From: Selaginella moellendorffii
Lineage: Eukaryota > Plantae > Lycopodiophyta
Assembly: GCF_000143415.4 (NCBI RefSeq)
Contig: NW_003314284.1
Span: forward strand, 434,001-498,000
Reading direction: 5' to 3'
Length of the DNA stretch: 64,000 nucleotides
A program made the position numbers and the translations under genes. Under the pieces are notes generated by a model. It was not told where the DNA came from. It searched no databases and saw only the letters and a list, made by a program, of their open reading frames with translations. This document shows, piece after piece, positions 34,771-47,469 of the stretch. Position 1 is the first letter of the stretch, and every line of letters starts with the position of its first letter.

Positions 34771-35949
34771 ATATGTAACTAGCTAAAGCAATAAGTTTAT
34801 GAATTTTCATTTTTATTTGTATAGGTAAATATTTTGTGTTCTTTATTTATTATTGATATATAATAAAAAAATGTAAATAATTTATAATAAAACTAATTTT
34901 ACTTTATATTAAATTTAATATCAATGATTGCTATTTTGATGATTTAAATCTTAGTATGGGTTTTTTTAATTAAAGTTATTAAATTTTGTTATTTATTCTT
35001 ATAACATTATTTTTCTACTAATTTGAGCTGAAAGTTTTATTTTCTAATTTTTATCTCTAAAAAAAATTGATACCAAAAAAGACATCTATATTAAATAATA
35101 AATCACTGGAAGAAACTTCAAAATAAATATTTACACAATATCATTTCTCTATCAATATATATTTGTAATTATTATATTACTTATACATCTATATACATGT
35201 ATTTATAGAAGACAGCTAAGGTCCTTTAGTTGAGGAATCTAAAGGAACATTAAGAGGAGGCATTAGTGGATTTGTAAGCAATGCAATTTGTTCATGATCA
35301 CTTTGTACAAAGTGCTTTAGCTGCTATACATGCATAATTTCTAGAGGATTTATTAATTGAACGTCGTGTTAAACCTCATAAATTTGCAGTCCAACTTGCC
35401 ACAACACTCAATATAGTTCCTTCCACTGAGTAAGAAGCCCCTGAAACAAACTATAAAATTGGGAAAATGAACAAACATTAAATCATTCATGTAGTGTATG
35501 TAGTTTTCACCCTTTACCCTATAATGATTTATTATATGATAACTACAAACGCTTGGACATATAGGAAGGTAGTAGAGTGGAACTAGACCCTTTATTAGTC
35601 CTTAACTCGGCATTCTCTCTGCTGCGATTGCCGAGCTTGTGCTAGTCCGAATTGGAAACCTTGAGGAGGGATTTTGTGCCGAGGGCTGGGTTATTGGTTG
35701 CAATGATGTCTACTAGCACCAAGGTACACACTATATTTCTATATCAATTTGATCTGACGAGTGTATCTTTAACTCTCCTAGAAATAGAGGTTACTCTCGA
35801 AGAAACAAAGTAGGATATGTGTATGTATTGTGTGAAGACTGTTCTACATACATGTCCGTCAAGATGCACTTGCGGGTACTCTCTTTGTACTTTTGCATGC
35901 AAGAATTTTTCAGATTTCAAGCACAAACACTTGCAATTGGGCAATTTTA

Positions 35950-36030
35950 TTTGAAAATGCCCATGTGCTGCCACTACTTCCACCCGGGATGCATCAACTT
36001 GTGGCTGGATTCACACACCTCTGTTTTGGC
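35950..36030 (+). pseudogene. RING-H2 (ATL-like) gene fragment
   Basis: LKMPMCCHYFHPGCINLWLDSHTS matches the C-x-H-x2-H-x2-C-I-x2-W core; terminal CPxC missing. Confidence 0.6.
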
Positions 36031-36289
36031 ATCATGGAAGATGGAGATATCCATGCTCTTGAAGGAGAGTAACCTTCGTTTCTAGGAGAGTTAAAGATAC
36101 ACTTGTCAGATCAAATTGATCCAGGAGGAGCTAGGGTTTTGTGAGAATGCTTGCGATCTTCGGGAAATCGATGGCGCAAGCACTTGAGCAGCTTAGTGTA
36201 GCTTGTGGTGACCATGATGAAGGAGAAGATCAGGAAGCGAGGTGTTGGAGGAGGCAATGGGTTTGTGTTTTTATACAATGGCAGAGATT

Positions 36290-38107
36290 GTGTCTTACAC
36301 TGGCTAGTGACAAAAACCTTGGTGGTGTCATAAGTATAAGGATAGAATTTCTAAGTGTTATTAGCGAAACATACTTAACCTGGTAAGGAGTTTAAATCTT
36401 GTTGTGTCTTATACTGGCTAGTGACAAAAACCCCTGTAATATTAAACTTGGTACCTTAATATTTACTACACCAAGAAACTCTCACTATCATTACCAAATG
36501 TGTTAGTTCCATTTAGTGTTGACCATTGTGAGCACCAATTTAGTGCCACTCCATATTTAGTAAATTTTCGTGATTGTTGGGCCACAAGTGGGACCATAAC
36601 AACACTATAATTTATTATTGTCCACCTTTGGAGTAATGAAATTGTCAGCCTTTATTAGTCCTTCTTATGCTAGTGAAATTGTCCTAAATATGATGGTGTT
36701 GTGACTAGATTTGTTAGCTTCCACTATCTGACTATGTCTTACACTGGCTAGTGACAAAAACCCTAGTGGTGTTATAAGCATAAGGATAGAATTTCTAAGT
36801 GTAAGCATGTTTCATTCTTTTCTAAATTTGCTAATCTATAGAATGTGGAAATTGTCTTGAACATGATGGTGTTGCTCTATCAGTTTTGCGGATAACTCTC
36901 CAGCTTAGATAGTGTCTTTGTCAAGGTGAATGCTGACATGGGTGGAAGATTAGACTCCACGTCTAGGCAATGTCATGCTGCCCGTAGAAAAAGTTTTCTA
37001 TGCTCACAATCCTGGAATTGACAAGTAAGTTGGCCCCTTTTTTTTTGTTTTTTTTTTCTAACCATCTATAGAAACCATCTATAGAATGTGGAAATTGTCC
37101 TGAACATGATGGTGCTGCACATATATCCCTTATACTTACCTTTACCCTTAAACTTTAGAAATGCTCTAGAATCTTTAATGAACATTCCCCGGCAAAGCAT
37201 ACAAGTACGACCAATCAAAGTCATGGATTCTTGTTTACAGAGAAAGCGACCACCAGCTTTCTCCTTGTTTCTCCCCTGGCACAGCGGTGGCTGGAGCAAA
37301 CCAAGGATTGCAGCAGCTCAGGTAAGAGGAGGTATCAATCTTAGATGGTCTGCCCGAGGTTTGGTTGAGTGTATAAAGTGAAAACTAAGAGTGAGGGATT
37401 TGCAACCCTAAAGAGCAGCAACACCTCCTTGTTTCTCCCCTGGCACAGCAGTGGCTGGAGCAAACCAAGGATTGCAGCAGCTTAGGTGATCTAGTGCCAC
37501 TTCATATTTAATACATTTTCATGATTGTCTCAGAGACTAACTTCTAGGACAAGGTGAAAGCTTTTGTTGTGGAATGTATTGTTCCCACATTCAATTTTGA
37601 GCCACTCCAGCCATTACAGCGGCCATTTGATAGGATCTCCAACTAGATGACTTTACTCTAGATGTGTTTCCCATTAGCTATTTATGAAAAGTGTAAAAAT
37701 TGATGGCTTTTCAAACTATTGACCACTTAAGTGTCTCTTATTTTATTTTATTTTCCTTTGCAATGAAGTACAATGTGATAGATTGTCGGATGGCTGATAG
37801 TTTGTCGGCTGGTCATTGAACGTTATCTCTCAGTGCGCTTGGCGGTTATGTACCGGCAGCTGCAAACAAAATTGGAGCAAGATTCCCATTAACTATTTAT
37901 GAAAAGTGTCTAGATCTGCTAATCTATAGAATGTGGAAATTGTCTTGAAAATGATGGTGTTTTTGCCTCACCTTTTTCTCCAAGTGGATTTCTTTTGGGC
38001 TTTACTTGGGCTCCCAGATTTCCCAACTCGTCAAGAACAACTAGATAAATCAAAAGATCATCTAAATTTCCACATTCCCAATACATCGTTAGCAACAATC
38101 CTTCCAT
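36290..38107 (+). repeat. Left arm of a shuffled inverted-repeat mosaic (modules recur inverted at 39765-39942 and 47470-49350)
   Basis: ~37640-38052 is approximately the reverse complement of ~47827-48230; 36330-36520 of ~48870-49115; 36580-36636 of 49289-49346. Internal direct duplication 37260-37325 / 37425-37488. Confidence 0.8.
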
Positions 38108-38109
38108 GG

Positions 38110-39736
38110 AGGCAAAAGCCAAATGAGTGTAACACATTTGGACTAAAAGCTTCAACTCGAAAAGTCGAGAGTGGGAGTGGAACTCTTAACGAAGGGCTCG
38201 AGGAACAAGCACGAAGCAAGCAATAAGTGAGTCTCAAAAAAAAGGGACATGAGAGGACCAACATATGACACATAGAAGAGTTCAAGATGGAGTTTGAGAT
38301 GGACTCGAGATGGACTCGAGATGGAGTTCGAGATGGACCCAAGATGGAGTCTGAGATGAAGTCCGAGATGGACCCAAGATGGAGTCCGAGATGGATTCGA
38401 GATGGAGTTTGAGATGGAGTTCAAGATGGACCTGAGATGGACCTGAGATGAAGTCCGAGATGGACCCGAGATGGAGTCTGAGATGGACCCGAGATGGAGT
38501 CCAAGATGGAGTTCAAGATGGAGTCTAAGATGGAGTTCAAGATGGACCCGAGATGGAGTTCAAGATGGACCCGAGATGGATCTAAGATGGAGTCTGAGAT
38601 GGACCTGAGATGGAGTCCGAGATGGACCTGAGATGGAGCCCAAGATGGAGTCTGAGATGGACTTAAGATGGAGTTTGGGATGGACCCGAGACNNNNNNNN
38701 NNNNNNNNNNNNNNNNNNNNNNNNNNNNNNNNNNNNNNNNNNNNNNNNNNNNNNNNNNNNNNNNNNNNNNNNNNNNNNNNNNNNNNNNNNNNGTTCCAAA
38801 GGTATAGTAGGGAGAGTGTGGGTTGGAGCCCAGTGGAGCTAGTTTGGCCAGGAAAGGCCAATTTGGTATACCTAGGTGTTGGGTGATGAGTTGACCACTA
38901 GGAAGTCCAAGATTAGAGTGAATATGGATTGATAAGTAAAGTAGCTTGGTGAAGTGTTCAAGAGCAGGCTCTAGTTCCCTCGGGAGATCGAATAGTCAAT
39001 GCTCCCAGTCCAAGCATGGGTAGCACTACCTACTTGGATACCTAGTGTGGCTCATTAGAACCTCACTCTAAGCCCATGGCTAGAGCACCCAAAGGTAGAA
39101 GGCGAGGAGAGTACCCACGAGGCTTGCGTAAGGCCGCAGTGTTCTGAAATGTTGTTTTAGAATCTCGGATGGTGAAAAGGAAGAGGAGTAGTCCTCTGGT
39201 GTAGTGACCAAGGATGCGGTCACATGACAAGGAAGTCCTAGAGAACAAGGGGACTTAGTGGTCAGGCCTATGGGCCTTGATCTAGTGGTAATGTTGACAA
39301 ACACAACTATGGACAGAAAGGGACTTGGTGGGGACTGAAAAAGAGATATTGAGGAAAGCTATTCCCCATGTTTGTGGGCATCCTAAGGATGCTAAGGAGT
39401 GGATTTGGGATGATCACTCATGGACGGATGGCCTAGTCTTTGAGAGACGAGACTGTGATGCAGGTGGTGTTAAACCACCGGTGTGAACAAGGTGAATGGG
39501 CATAGCTTTAGCGTAACAGGCTGATATGTCAGTGGTACCTTGGAGTGTTGGTTATGGGATTGAACACATGGAGCACTTGGACCAAGTGCAAAAGTTGAGT
39601 GGCATGGATGCCATTCTCGGGGCTAGCAAGCCCCAAGTCCTGAATTGGACTTATGGAGGTTGTGAATGAGACTTTTTCAAGTGGTTAGAGGTGTGATTAA
39701 GTGACTAAAGTAGAATGGAAAAATTAGTTGCTTACA
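38110..39736 (+). mobile_element. Older solo LTR, 5'-truncated, same family as the adjacent intact element
   Basis: Colinear with LTR 39943-41664 from about position 66 to the terminal TTACA. Many CG>TG/CA changes; no PBS after it; contains gap 38693-38792. Confidence 0.88.
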
Positions 39737-39942
39737 ACATAACAATTTCACTAAGTTCTCTACACTAATCACGAAAATTTACTAAATATGGAGTGGCACT
39801 AGATTGCAAAATTGAATGTGGGAACAACTCCATCATATTCAAGATAATTTCCATATTCTATAGATTAGCAGATCTAGACATTTTTCATAAATAGCTAATG
39901 AGAAACATATCCAGAGCAAAGTCATCCATTTTAAGCTTCACC

Positions 39943-41664
39943 TGTGAGACACAAAATCCCTAGGCCCCAAAGTGGAGCCGGAAGGGTGCCACGTGGTAGT
40001 GGCCGAAGCGAAAGCCAAACGAGTGTAACACGTTTGGGCCAAAAGCTCTGACTTGAAAGGTCGAGAGCGGGAGTGGAACTCCTAACGAAGTGCTCAAGGA
40101 ATGAGCACAAGGCGAGCAATAAGCGAGGCTCCAAAAAGGGACCCAAAAGGATCAACACATGACACGGGGAAGTGTTCGAGATGGACCCGAGATGGACCCG
40201 AGTGGAGTCCGAACTGGAGTCCGAGAAGGACCCGAGATNNNNNNNNNNNNNNNNNNNNNNNNNNNNNNNNNNNNNNNNNNNNNNNNNNNNNNNNNNNNNN
40301 NNNNNNNNNNNNNNNNNNNNNNNNNNNNNNNNNNNNNNNNNNNNNNNNNNNNNNNNNNNNNNNNNNNNNNNNNNNNNNNNNNNNNNNNNNNNNNNNNNNN
40401 NNNNNNNNNNNNNNNNNNNNNNNNNNNNNNNNNNNNNNNNNNNNNNNNNNNNNNNNNNNNNNNNNNNNNNNNNNNNNNNNNNNNNNNNNNNNNNNNNNNN
40501 NNNNNNNNNNNNNNNNNNNNNNNNNNNNNNNNNNNNNNNNNNNNNNNNNNNNCGAGACCGAGATCGGGACCGAGACCAAGACCGAGGCCGAGGCCGAGAC
40601 CGAGCCCGAGCCCGAGCCCGAGCCCAAGCCCGAGTCCGAGTCCGAGTCCGAGTCCGAGTCCGAGTTTGAGAGGGTGAAAGCCCAAAGCGTTCGTCTCCCA
40701 GACCCTGGGGGGTTTGGTGAGCTCCAAAAGTATAGTAGGGGGAGGACTGCAATGGAGCCAGTTTGGCCAGGAAAGGCCAGTTTGGCCCAGGAAGGCCGGA
40801 CCCAGTGTTGGGTGATGAGCTGCCCACTGTGAAGTCCAAGACTAGAGTGAACACAGACCGACAAGTGGGGTAGCTTGGTGAAGTGTTCAAGAGCTGGCTC
40901 TAGTTCCCCCGGGAGATCAACTGGCCGATGCTCCCAGTCCAAGTGTGGGTGGCACTACCTACTTAGATACCTGGCGTGGCTCAACGGAACCTCGCTCTAA
41001 GCCCATGGCTAGAGCACCTAAAGACGAAAGGCGGGGAGAGTACCCATGAGGCTTGCGTAAGGCCACGGTGTTCCAAAATGGTGTCCCAAAGTCCCAGACT
41101 GTGGAATGGAAGAGGGGTAGCCCTCTGGTGTGGTGACCAAGGACACAGTCACACAGTGAGGAAGTCCTAGAGGATAGTGGGACTTAGTGGTCGGGCCGGT
41201 GGGCCTTGATCCAATGGCAGTGTTGGCGAACACAGCCAAGGACAGAAAAGGACTTGGTGGGGACCGGAACAGAGATATTGGGGCAGGTTATTCCCCATGT
41301 CGGTAGGCATCCTAAGGATGCTAAGGAGTGGATCGGGGATGATCCCTCATGGACGGATGGCCCAGTCTTTGAGAGACGGGACTGTGGTGCAGGTGGTGTT
41401 GGACCACCGATGTGACCAAAGTGATTGGGCATGGCCTAGCGTAACGGGCTGGTATGTTGGTGGTGCCTTGGGGTGTCGGTCATCGGACCGGACACGTGGA
41501 GCACTTGGACCAAGTGCAAAGGTTGAGTGGCATGGATGCCAGGCTCGGGGCTAGCAAGCCCCAAGCCCTGAGAGGGACTTATGGAGGTTGTGAATGAGAC
41601 TCCTCCAAGTGGTTGGAGGTGCGGTTAAGTGACTAAAGTAGAATGGAAAATTTAGTCGCTTACA
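39943..41664 (+). repeat. 5' LTR (contains assembly gap 40239-40552)
   Basis: Starts TGTGAGACACAAAATCCC, ends GTCGCTTACA. Confidence 0.93.
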
Positions 41665-41667
41665 ATT

Positions 41668-41679
41668 TGGTATCGGAGC
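41668..41679 (+). other. Primer-binding site for initiator tRNA-Met
   Basis: TGGTATCGGAGC, 3 nt after the LTR; one mismatch to canonical TGGTATCAGAGC. Confidence 0.88.
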
Positions 41680-44150
41680 TGTTCCTTAGTCCGACTTTTA
41701 TTGGTGCTCAAGTATATCACCACTGGTGTTGGCATCAGTAGGTCTGAGGAGTGGGCCTATCCTTGAGGAGTAGCAGGTCGGGAAGACATGGCTCTCCATT
41801 ACAGTTCATGTGTGAATTTGTAGACAAGGTGGTGGATAGAAAAGGGCCAATAATGGAACGACTTTGGGATCTTGGGAACAGTGCAAGGTTTTCCTCCTTG
41901 AGTTGAGGATGTGATCCAGATGAGCGTTTGACTTAGCAAACTGGCTAATATAGTTGTGGTAAATAACTATAGTTGGGATCACGGGAAANNNNNNNNNNNN
42001 NNNNNNNNNNNNNNNNNNNNNNNNNNNNNNNNNNNNNNNNNNNNNNNNNNNNNNNNNNNNNNNNNNNNNNNNNNNNNNNNNNNNNNNNNNNNNNNGGAAG
42101 AGGACACAAGTCCTTGAAATGGTAGCCAGTGCTACCTCTAATAAATGCTGGAATAACCCAAGGAGTTGGGGGTGTACTTAGAGGATGAGTTGGTATTCTC
42201 ATCACATGGACAAGTGGTCCTAAGGGGCAAAAGGTTGCCCCAAGAGAACAAATCAAGTGTCGGAGTAACACTTGCAAATATGGTCCTTGTGAGTAGGACC
42301 TGAATACAAGAAGTTGTATTCCAGCGAGTTGACACCTCAAAGACTAAGACCTCGCAGGTCATTGGATTAGCAAAGTCTAAAATGCTAGATGACTCAAGTG
42401 GAGTTGGGGAATGGTCCTAAGGGATTGGTCGAAGCATTTGGACGGAGGTGTATGATGCCCCATGAGGTATGGGGAGGATCATAAGATCCAAGTATGAGAA
42501 CAATGAGTATCTCATTGATGGCAGAATGTGCCACATTAAAGTCGTGGGAAAGATGTTCCCAGAAGAGAGCAACTTTGGCCCAGAGTCGGGTGCAAACACT
42601 ATAGTGCGGTGCTAATGGATAGTTAGCATGAGGAACAACTATATTAGTCTTGGCAAAGACCTAAACACTAATAAGTAGTGTTATAAGAATAGGCTCATGG
42701 AGCCGATGGTGTGGAGACACCGAAGGTGCCAAGGCGGGTTGCCTTGAGGTCAAGTTGGCGGGTTCATGAAAACCCTGTCCAAAGGAATCCCAATGGAAAT
42801 GGGAATGGCATGGCCTAAGCTGGAAGGCATGCGGTTAGAGTGGGGTGACCCAGATAATGATGGAGGTGTGGAAGCACCGAGCAATGAGTTGTAGTACTTG
42901 ACAAATATGGGGCAACTAAGCAAGAGGTGCAAGATAATTGGTTAAATGGGTAGAAAGTAGCTACCCAAGACTTCTTAATGGCATAAAGAAGTTAGATATA
43001 CCCTTACGGGGGATAAATTGCTTATGTTGCAATATAGTAAATCAATGTCGTAAACGGGAATGCTCATTGTCAAGAGGCCATCATTGGGACACCCAAACAC
43101 TCTAGAACACCAGGAGGTGGTGTTTCGTGTCGCAAGGGCCATAAATAGGGCCCAAGGGACTAAGTCCCTAGCGAATGATGGATAGTAGGTGCTATCCAAA
43201 TGTCCAAGGTTGTGGAGACAGGAGAAGACTGTCTACCCGAATTGGACAAATCCAAAAAATGGAATTTTGGCAAGGCTAGTGATGGGCATGTAAAGGCCTA
43301 TAAGCAGCAACGTTAATCCCGATATATGGGATTATAAGGTGAGCATGCCCAAGATTGAGGAACCACTCCCTATGCTATTGGGTAGGTTCATCCCTAAAAA
43401 TACTTGCTAAGGCATAGTAAAATGTGCAAAGCTATCCTCCTAGTCTGGAGGAGAATAACTAAAGGAAACATATGGGGCCAAAAGGCAAGTAATATTGGGA
43501 TGGAACTGAACCATAGAAATCAAAGGGCATATCCAACAGTGGTTATGAAAGTTGGGAGTGGAGAATCAAGAGGGTGCTCGAGGATGTTGTTGCTAGCAAC
43601 CGTGATGCCATGGAGAGTCTAAAATATGGAATTGTCCATGTTAGACTATATGGCAACTATAAAGCTTGCGAAAAGGGAGGCCTTAGCAAACTGAGGGACA
43701 GAGTTCCTTCAAGGTTCCCAAAGATGATTCTAGGTAGCGTAGTACCTAGAAAGGCCAAGTGTAAATGGTTCATGGAACACGCGAAATCAGAGTGGCGCAG
43801 TAGAAGCGTGGTCTTGAAGCTTGCCATGAGGCAAGGTTATCAAGGTTAGGGAAGTAGTTCCCGAGTGTTCAAAGAGAGGGCTTTGAATGAAAGTCGATGG
43901 TCAAGGACTTTCACGCTTATGCAGGAACCATGTTACAGTGGTCGGAGGACTTGCCAAGTGAGATTGGCACGTCGGGGGAACAAAAACCCTAGTTGAAGGT
44001 GATAACTTCAAAAAGGGTGGGCCATGGGGCCGAGCATGGAGGAGTCCATGCATGATCACAGACATGTCAAGTGAGAGGACTTGGCAGTGTGGAGGAACTA
44101 GGTTCCTAAGCTGTGATCTGTAGCGCGCTTTAAATATAAGTTGGTGCACC

Positions 44151-44262
44151 GGCGTGGGGAGTCACGCCAGGCATCTTATGTGATGCCGTCCGTAGATGCA
44201 TATACGGAGGTTGGGTTCGAGTCCCGACCCTCTAGTGCTTGGGTTCGAGTCCCAAATCACTA
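44151..44262 (+). other. Five back-to-back RNA hairpins in the internal domain of the LTR element
   Basis: GGCGTG/CACGCC, GGCATC/GATGCC, TCCGTA/TACGGA (loop contains palindrome ATGCAT), GGTTGGG/CCCGACC and TAGTG-TTGGG/CCCAA-CACTA, the last two with TTCGAGT loops. Confidence 0.7.
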
Positions 44263-45719
44263 AGGCGTGGTGATGGTTTGGAATATGAGGACACTCATAT
44301 TTCGGTGGTCATGGACTCTCAGTGGGGAGACTGGTTTGGGCACACCGCCAAGCGAGGGATGCCTCGGAGTCGTGATGCACGGTTAGACTGCTTAGTGTGA
44401 AAGCTCAGCATATCTAACTTGAACGCTTTGGTGCAAGTGGCACCAAGGTCATGGTGAGTGAGATGGGGACACCTAATCTTAGTTGCTATGAACCCTTGGC
44501 CGTAAGGGCTAGCTTGGGTGCACCGCCAAGTGTGGGGGATGCCCCCGGGGTTATAGTCAACAACTTGGAGGTCTAGAAGACCAAGTACCTCTTGGCAACT
44601 CTGTTAAGGTGCCAAGGTGAGATCACTAGGTGATCTTATGGCCAGATAAGGACAAGGTCCTTGGTTGGCTAAGGAATGAAGTTCCTGGTTCAAAATGTTG
44701 AAATTGAACTGTTTAAGGTGGTGTGGCTTGGTCGTGATGACCAAGTGGGAAGAGCACCTAAGGGAAATAAACTATGTCCGTGCAATGGCATAGTGAGTCC
44801 GAGGAAAGTAGTCTCTATAAAAGACCCATGGGAGGGTCACGAAGTTGGGCCGTGGATAGAGCCCATAGCAGAAGATGCTAAAGAGACGTACTAGGGGTGA
44901 ACATCCTCCGGACTTGGCAAAGAAGAGTCTTTGCTATGGAACCGAAACAATACCTCAAGGAGGGAGGTAGAGATTCGATGTTGCTTGGTGCAACAATCAA
45001 CGGATAGGAGCAAAAGATGAGTGGCCAAGATAGGGCCGTGGAATCCCTTGGAAGGAATCCAAGTGACAAAGTTAGGCGAGGAACACTAATGTGTTGGACG
45101 CTAACAAGTTGCGGGAAAGGAAGTGTGTTTCCAAGGAGGGATTCCAAAATGCTTCGATTTGGCGAAAGTGGAAGCTCCAAGGGAGGGAGCGGTAAGGTAG
45201 CCAAATGATAGGGCCATGGACAGCCCTAGCACAAAGTATGATAAATGGAATTTAGTGCCCAAGGTGGCACGAAATAGAAGAGAGGATGATAGTGCCCTCA
45301 AGTAATGAACTTCCCAGGATGGGGAAGTGGGGTTGCACAATCTGTGCAATGCAAGGTGTTGGAGACACCTAGGAAATTAACTTCCAAAAAGTCAAAAGAG
45401 TAAAAGTTCCAAGGTGCAAACGTTCAATAGATAGAAATTGAGACTACTCGAGAAGGAGTAGTGGGATTGACTTAGAGAAGGGCCTCTAAGAGGTTTAGCG
45501 GGAACTAAACTAATAAAAGGAGAGAACCATTACATGTGGTCCAATCAGTCTCTAAGTTGGAGAGACTACGCTCCTTAAAGGATGGACAAGGCATGGTGAG
45601 CCTTTGGTGTCAAACCATAGATAAAGATTGGCTAGGTGCCAAGGATGGAAATGGTAACACGTGTGGGTGTTACTTTATGAAAGGGTTACCGTTCGATGAG
45701 GACATCGAACTTCGTCTAT

Positions 45720-45731
45720 GGGTGGTGGAGT
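45720..45731 (+). other. Polypurine tract
   Basis: GGGTGGTGGAGT immediately 5' of the 3' LTR. Confidence 0.75.
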
Positions 45732-47465
45732 TGTGAGACACAAAATCCCTAGGCCCCAAAGTGGAGCCGGAAGGGTGCCACGTGGTAGTGGCCGAAGTGA
45801 AAGCCAAACGAGTGTAACACGTTTGGGCCAAAAACTCTGACTTGAAAGGTCGAGAGCGAGAGTGGAACTCCTAACGAAGTGCTCAAGGAATGAGCACAAG
45901 GCGAGCAATAAGCGAGGCTCCAAAAAGGGACCCAAAAGGACCAACACATGACACGGGGAAGTGTTCGAGATGGACCCGAGATGGACCTGAGTGGAGTCCG
46001 AACTGGAGTCCGAGAAGGACCCGAGATGGAGTCCGAGGTGGAGTCCGAGTTGGAGTCCGAAGTGGAGTCCGAGTTGGAGTCCGAAGTGGAGTCCGAGATG
46101 GACCCGAGATGGACCCGAGATGGACCCGAGTTGGAGTCCGAGATGGAGTCCGAGATGGAGTCCGAGATGGACCCGAGATGGATCCGAGATGGAGTCCGAG
46201 ATGGACCCGAGATGGATCCGAGATGGAGTCTGAGATGGAGTCCGAGATGGAGTCCGAGATGGAGTCCGAGATGGACCCAAGATGGAGTCCGACCGAGACC
46301 GAGACCGAGATCGGGACCGAGACCAAGACCAAGGCCGAGCCCGAGACCGAGCCCGAGCCCGAGACTGAGACCGAGACCGAGCCCGAGCCCGAGCCCGAGT
46401 CCGAGTCCGAGTCCGAGTCCGAGTCCGAGTCCGAGTCCGAGTCCGAGTCCGAGTTCGAGTTCGAGTCTGAGAGGGTGAAAGCCCAAAGCGTTCGTCTCCC
46501 AGACCTTGGGGGGTTTGGTGAGCTCCAAAAGTATAGTAGGGGGAGGACTGCAGTGGAGCCAGTTTGGCCAGGAAAGGCCAGTTTGGCCCAGGAAGGCCGG
46601 ACCCAGTGTTGGGTGATGAGCTGCCCACTGTGAAGTCCAAGACTAGAGTGAACACAGACCGACAAGTGGGGTAGCTTGGTGAAGTGTTCAAGAGTTGGCT
46701 CTAGTTCCCCCGGGAGATCGACTGGCCGATGCTCCCAGTCCAAGTGTGGGTGGCACTACCTACTTAGATACCTGGCGTGGCTCAACGGAACCTCGCTCTA
46801 AGCCCATGGCTAGAGCACCTAAAGACGAAAGGCGGGGAGAGTACCCATGAGGCTTGCGTAAAGCCACGGTGTTCCAAAATGGTGTCCCAAAGTCCCAGAC
46901 TGTGGAATGGAAGAGGGGTAGCCCTCTGGTGTGGTGACCAAGGACACAGTCATACAGTGAGGAAGTCCTAGAGGATAGTGGGACTTAGTGGTCGGGCCGG
47001 TGGGCCTTGATCCAGTGGCAGTGTTGGCGAACACAGCCAAGGACAGAAAGGGACTTGGTGGGGACCGGAACAGAGATATTGGGGCAGGTTATTCCCCATG
47101 TCTGTAGGCATCCTAAGGATGCTAAGGAGTGGATCGGGGATGATCCCTCATGGACGGATGGCCCAGTCTTTGAGAGACGGGACTGTGGTGCAGGTGGTGT
47201 TGGACCACCGATGTGACCAAAGTGATTGGGCATGGCCTAGCGTAACGGGCTGGTATGTTGGTGGTGCCTTGGGGTGTCGGTCATCGGACCGGACACGTGG
47301 AGCACTTGGACCAAGTGCAAAGGTTGAGTGGCATGGATGCCATTCTCAGGGCTAGCAAGCCCCAAGCCCTGAGAGGGACTTATAGAGGTTGTGAATGAGA
47401 CTCCTCCAAGTGGTCGGAGGTGCGGTTAAGTGACTAAAGTAGAATGGAAAATTTAGTCGCTTACA
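45732..47465 (+). repeat. 3' LTR
   Basis: Same termini and near identity to the 5' LTR; gap-free copy. Confidence 0.95.
45965..46470 (+). repeat. LTR-internal mini/microsatellite (GGAGTCCGAGAT / GGACCCGAGAT 11-12-mers, then CCGAGN hexamers)
   Basis: Visible directly; also present in the other two LTR copies, where it coincides with assembly gaps. Confidence 0.95.
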
Positions 47466-47469
47466 TCAC

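Larger units (their letters stand above)
39943..47465 (+). mobile_element. Full-length non-autonomous LTR retrotransposon (LARD-like) with 5-bp TSD TCACC
   Basis: TGT...ACA LTRs at 39943-41664 and 45732-47465, near identical. TCACC at 39938-39942 and 47466-47470. PBS and PPT present. The ~4.1-kb internal domain has no long ORF. Confidence 0.93.

Noticed and set aside
38280-38692. Regular short repeats resembling a CRISPR array
   Set aside because: Head-to-tail satellite with no unique spacers, inside an LTR in eukaryotic DNA.
45675-46743. Long ORFs in all six frames across the LTRs (also 38400-38900 and 39931-40942)
   Set aside because: Produced by stop-free hexamer/12-mer satellites and N gaps; not gag or pol.
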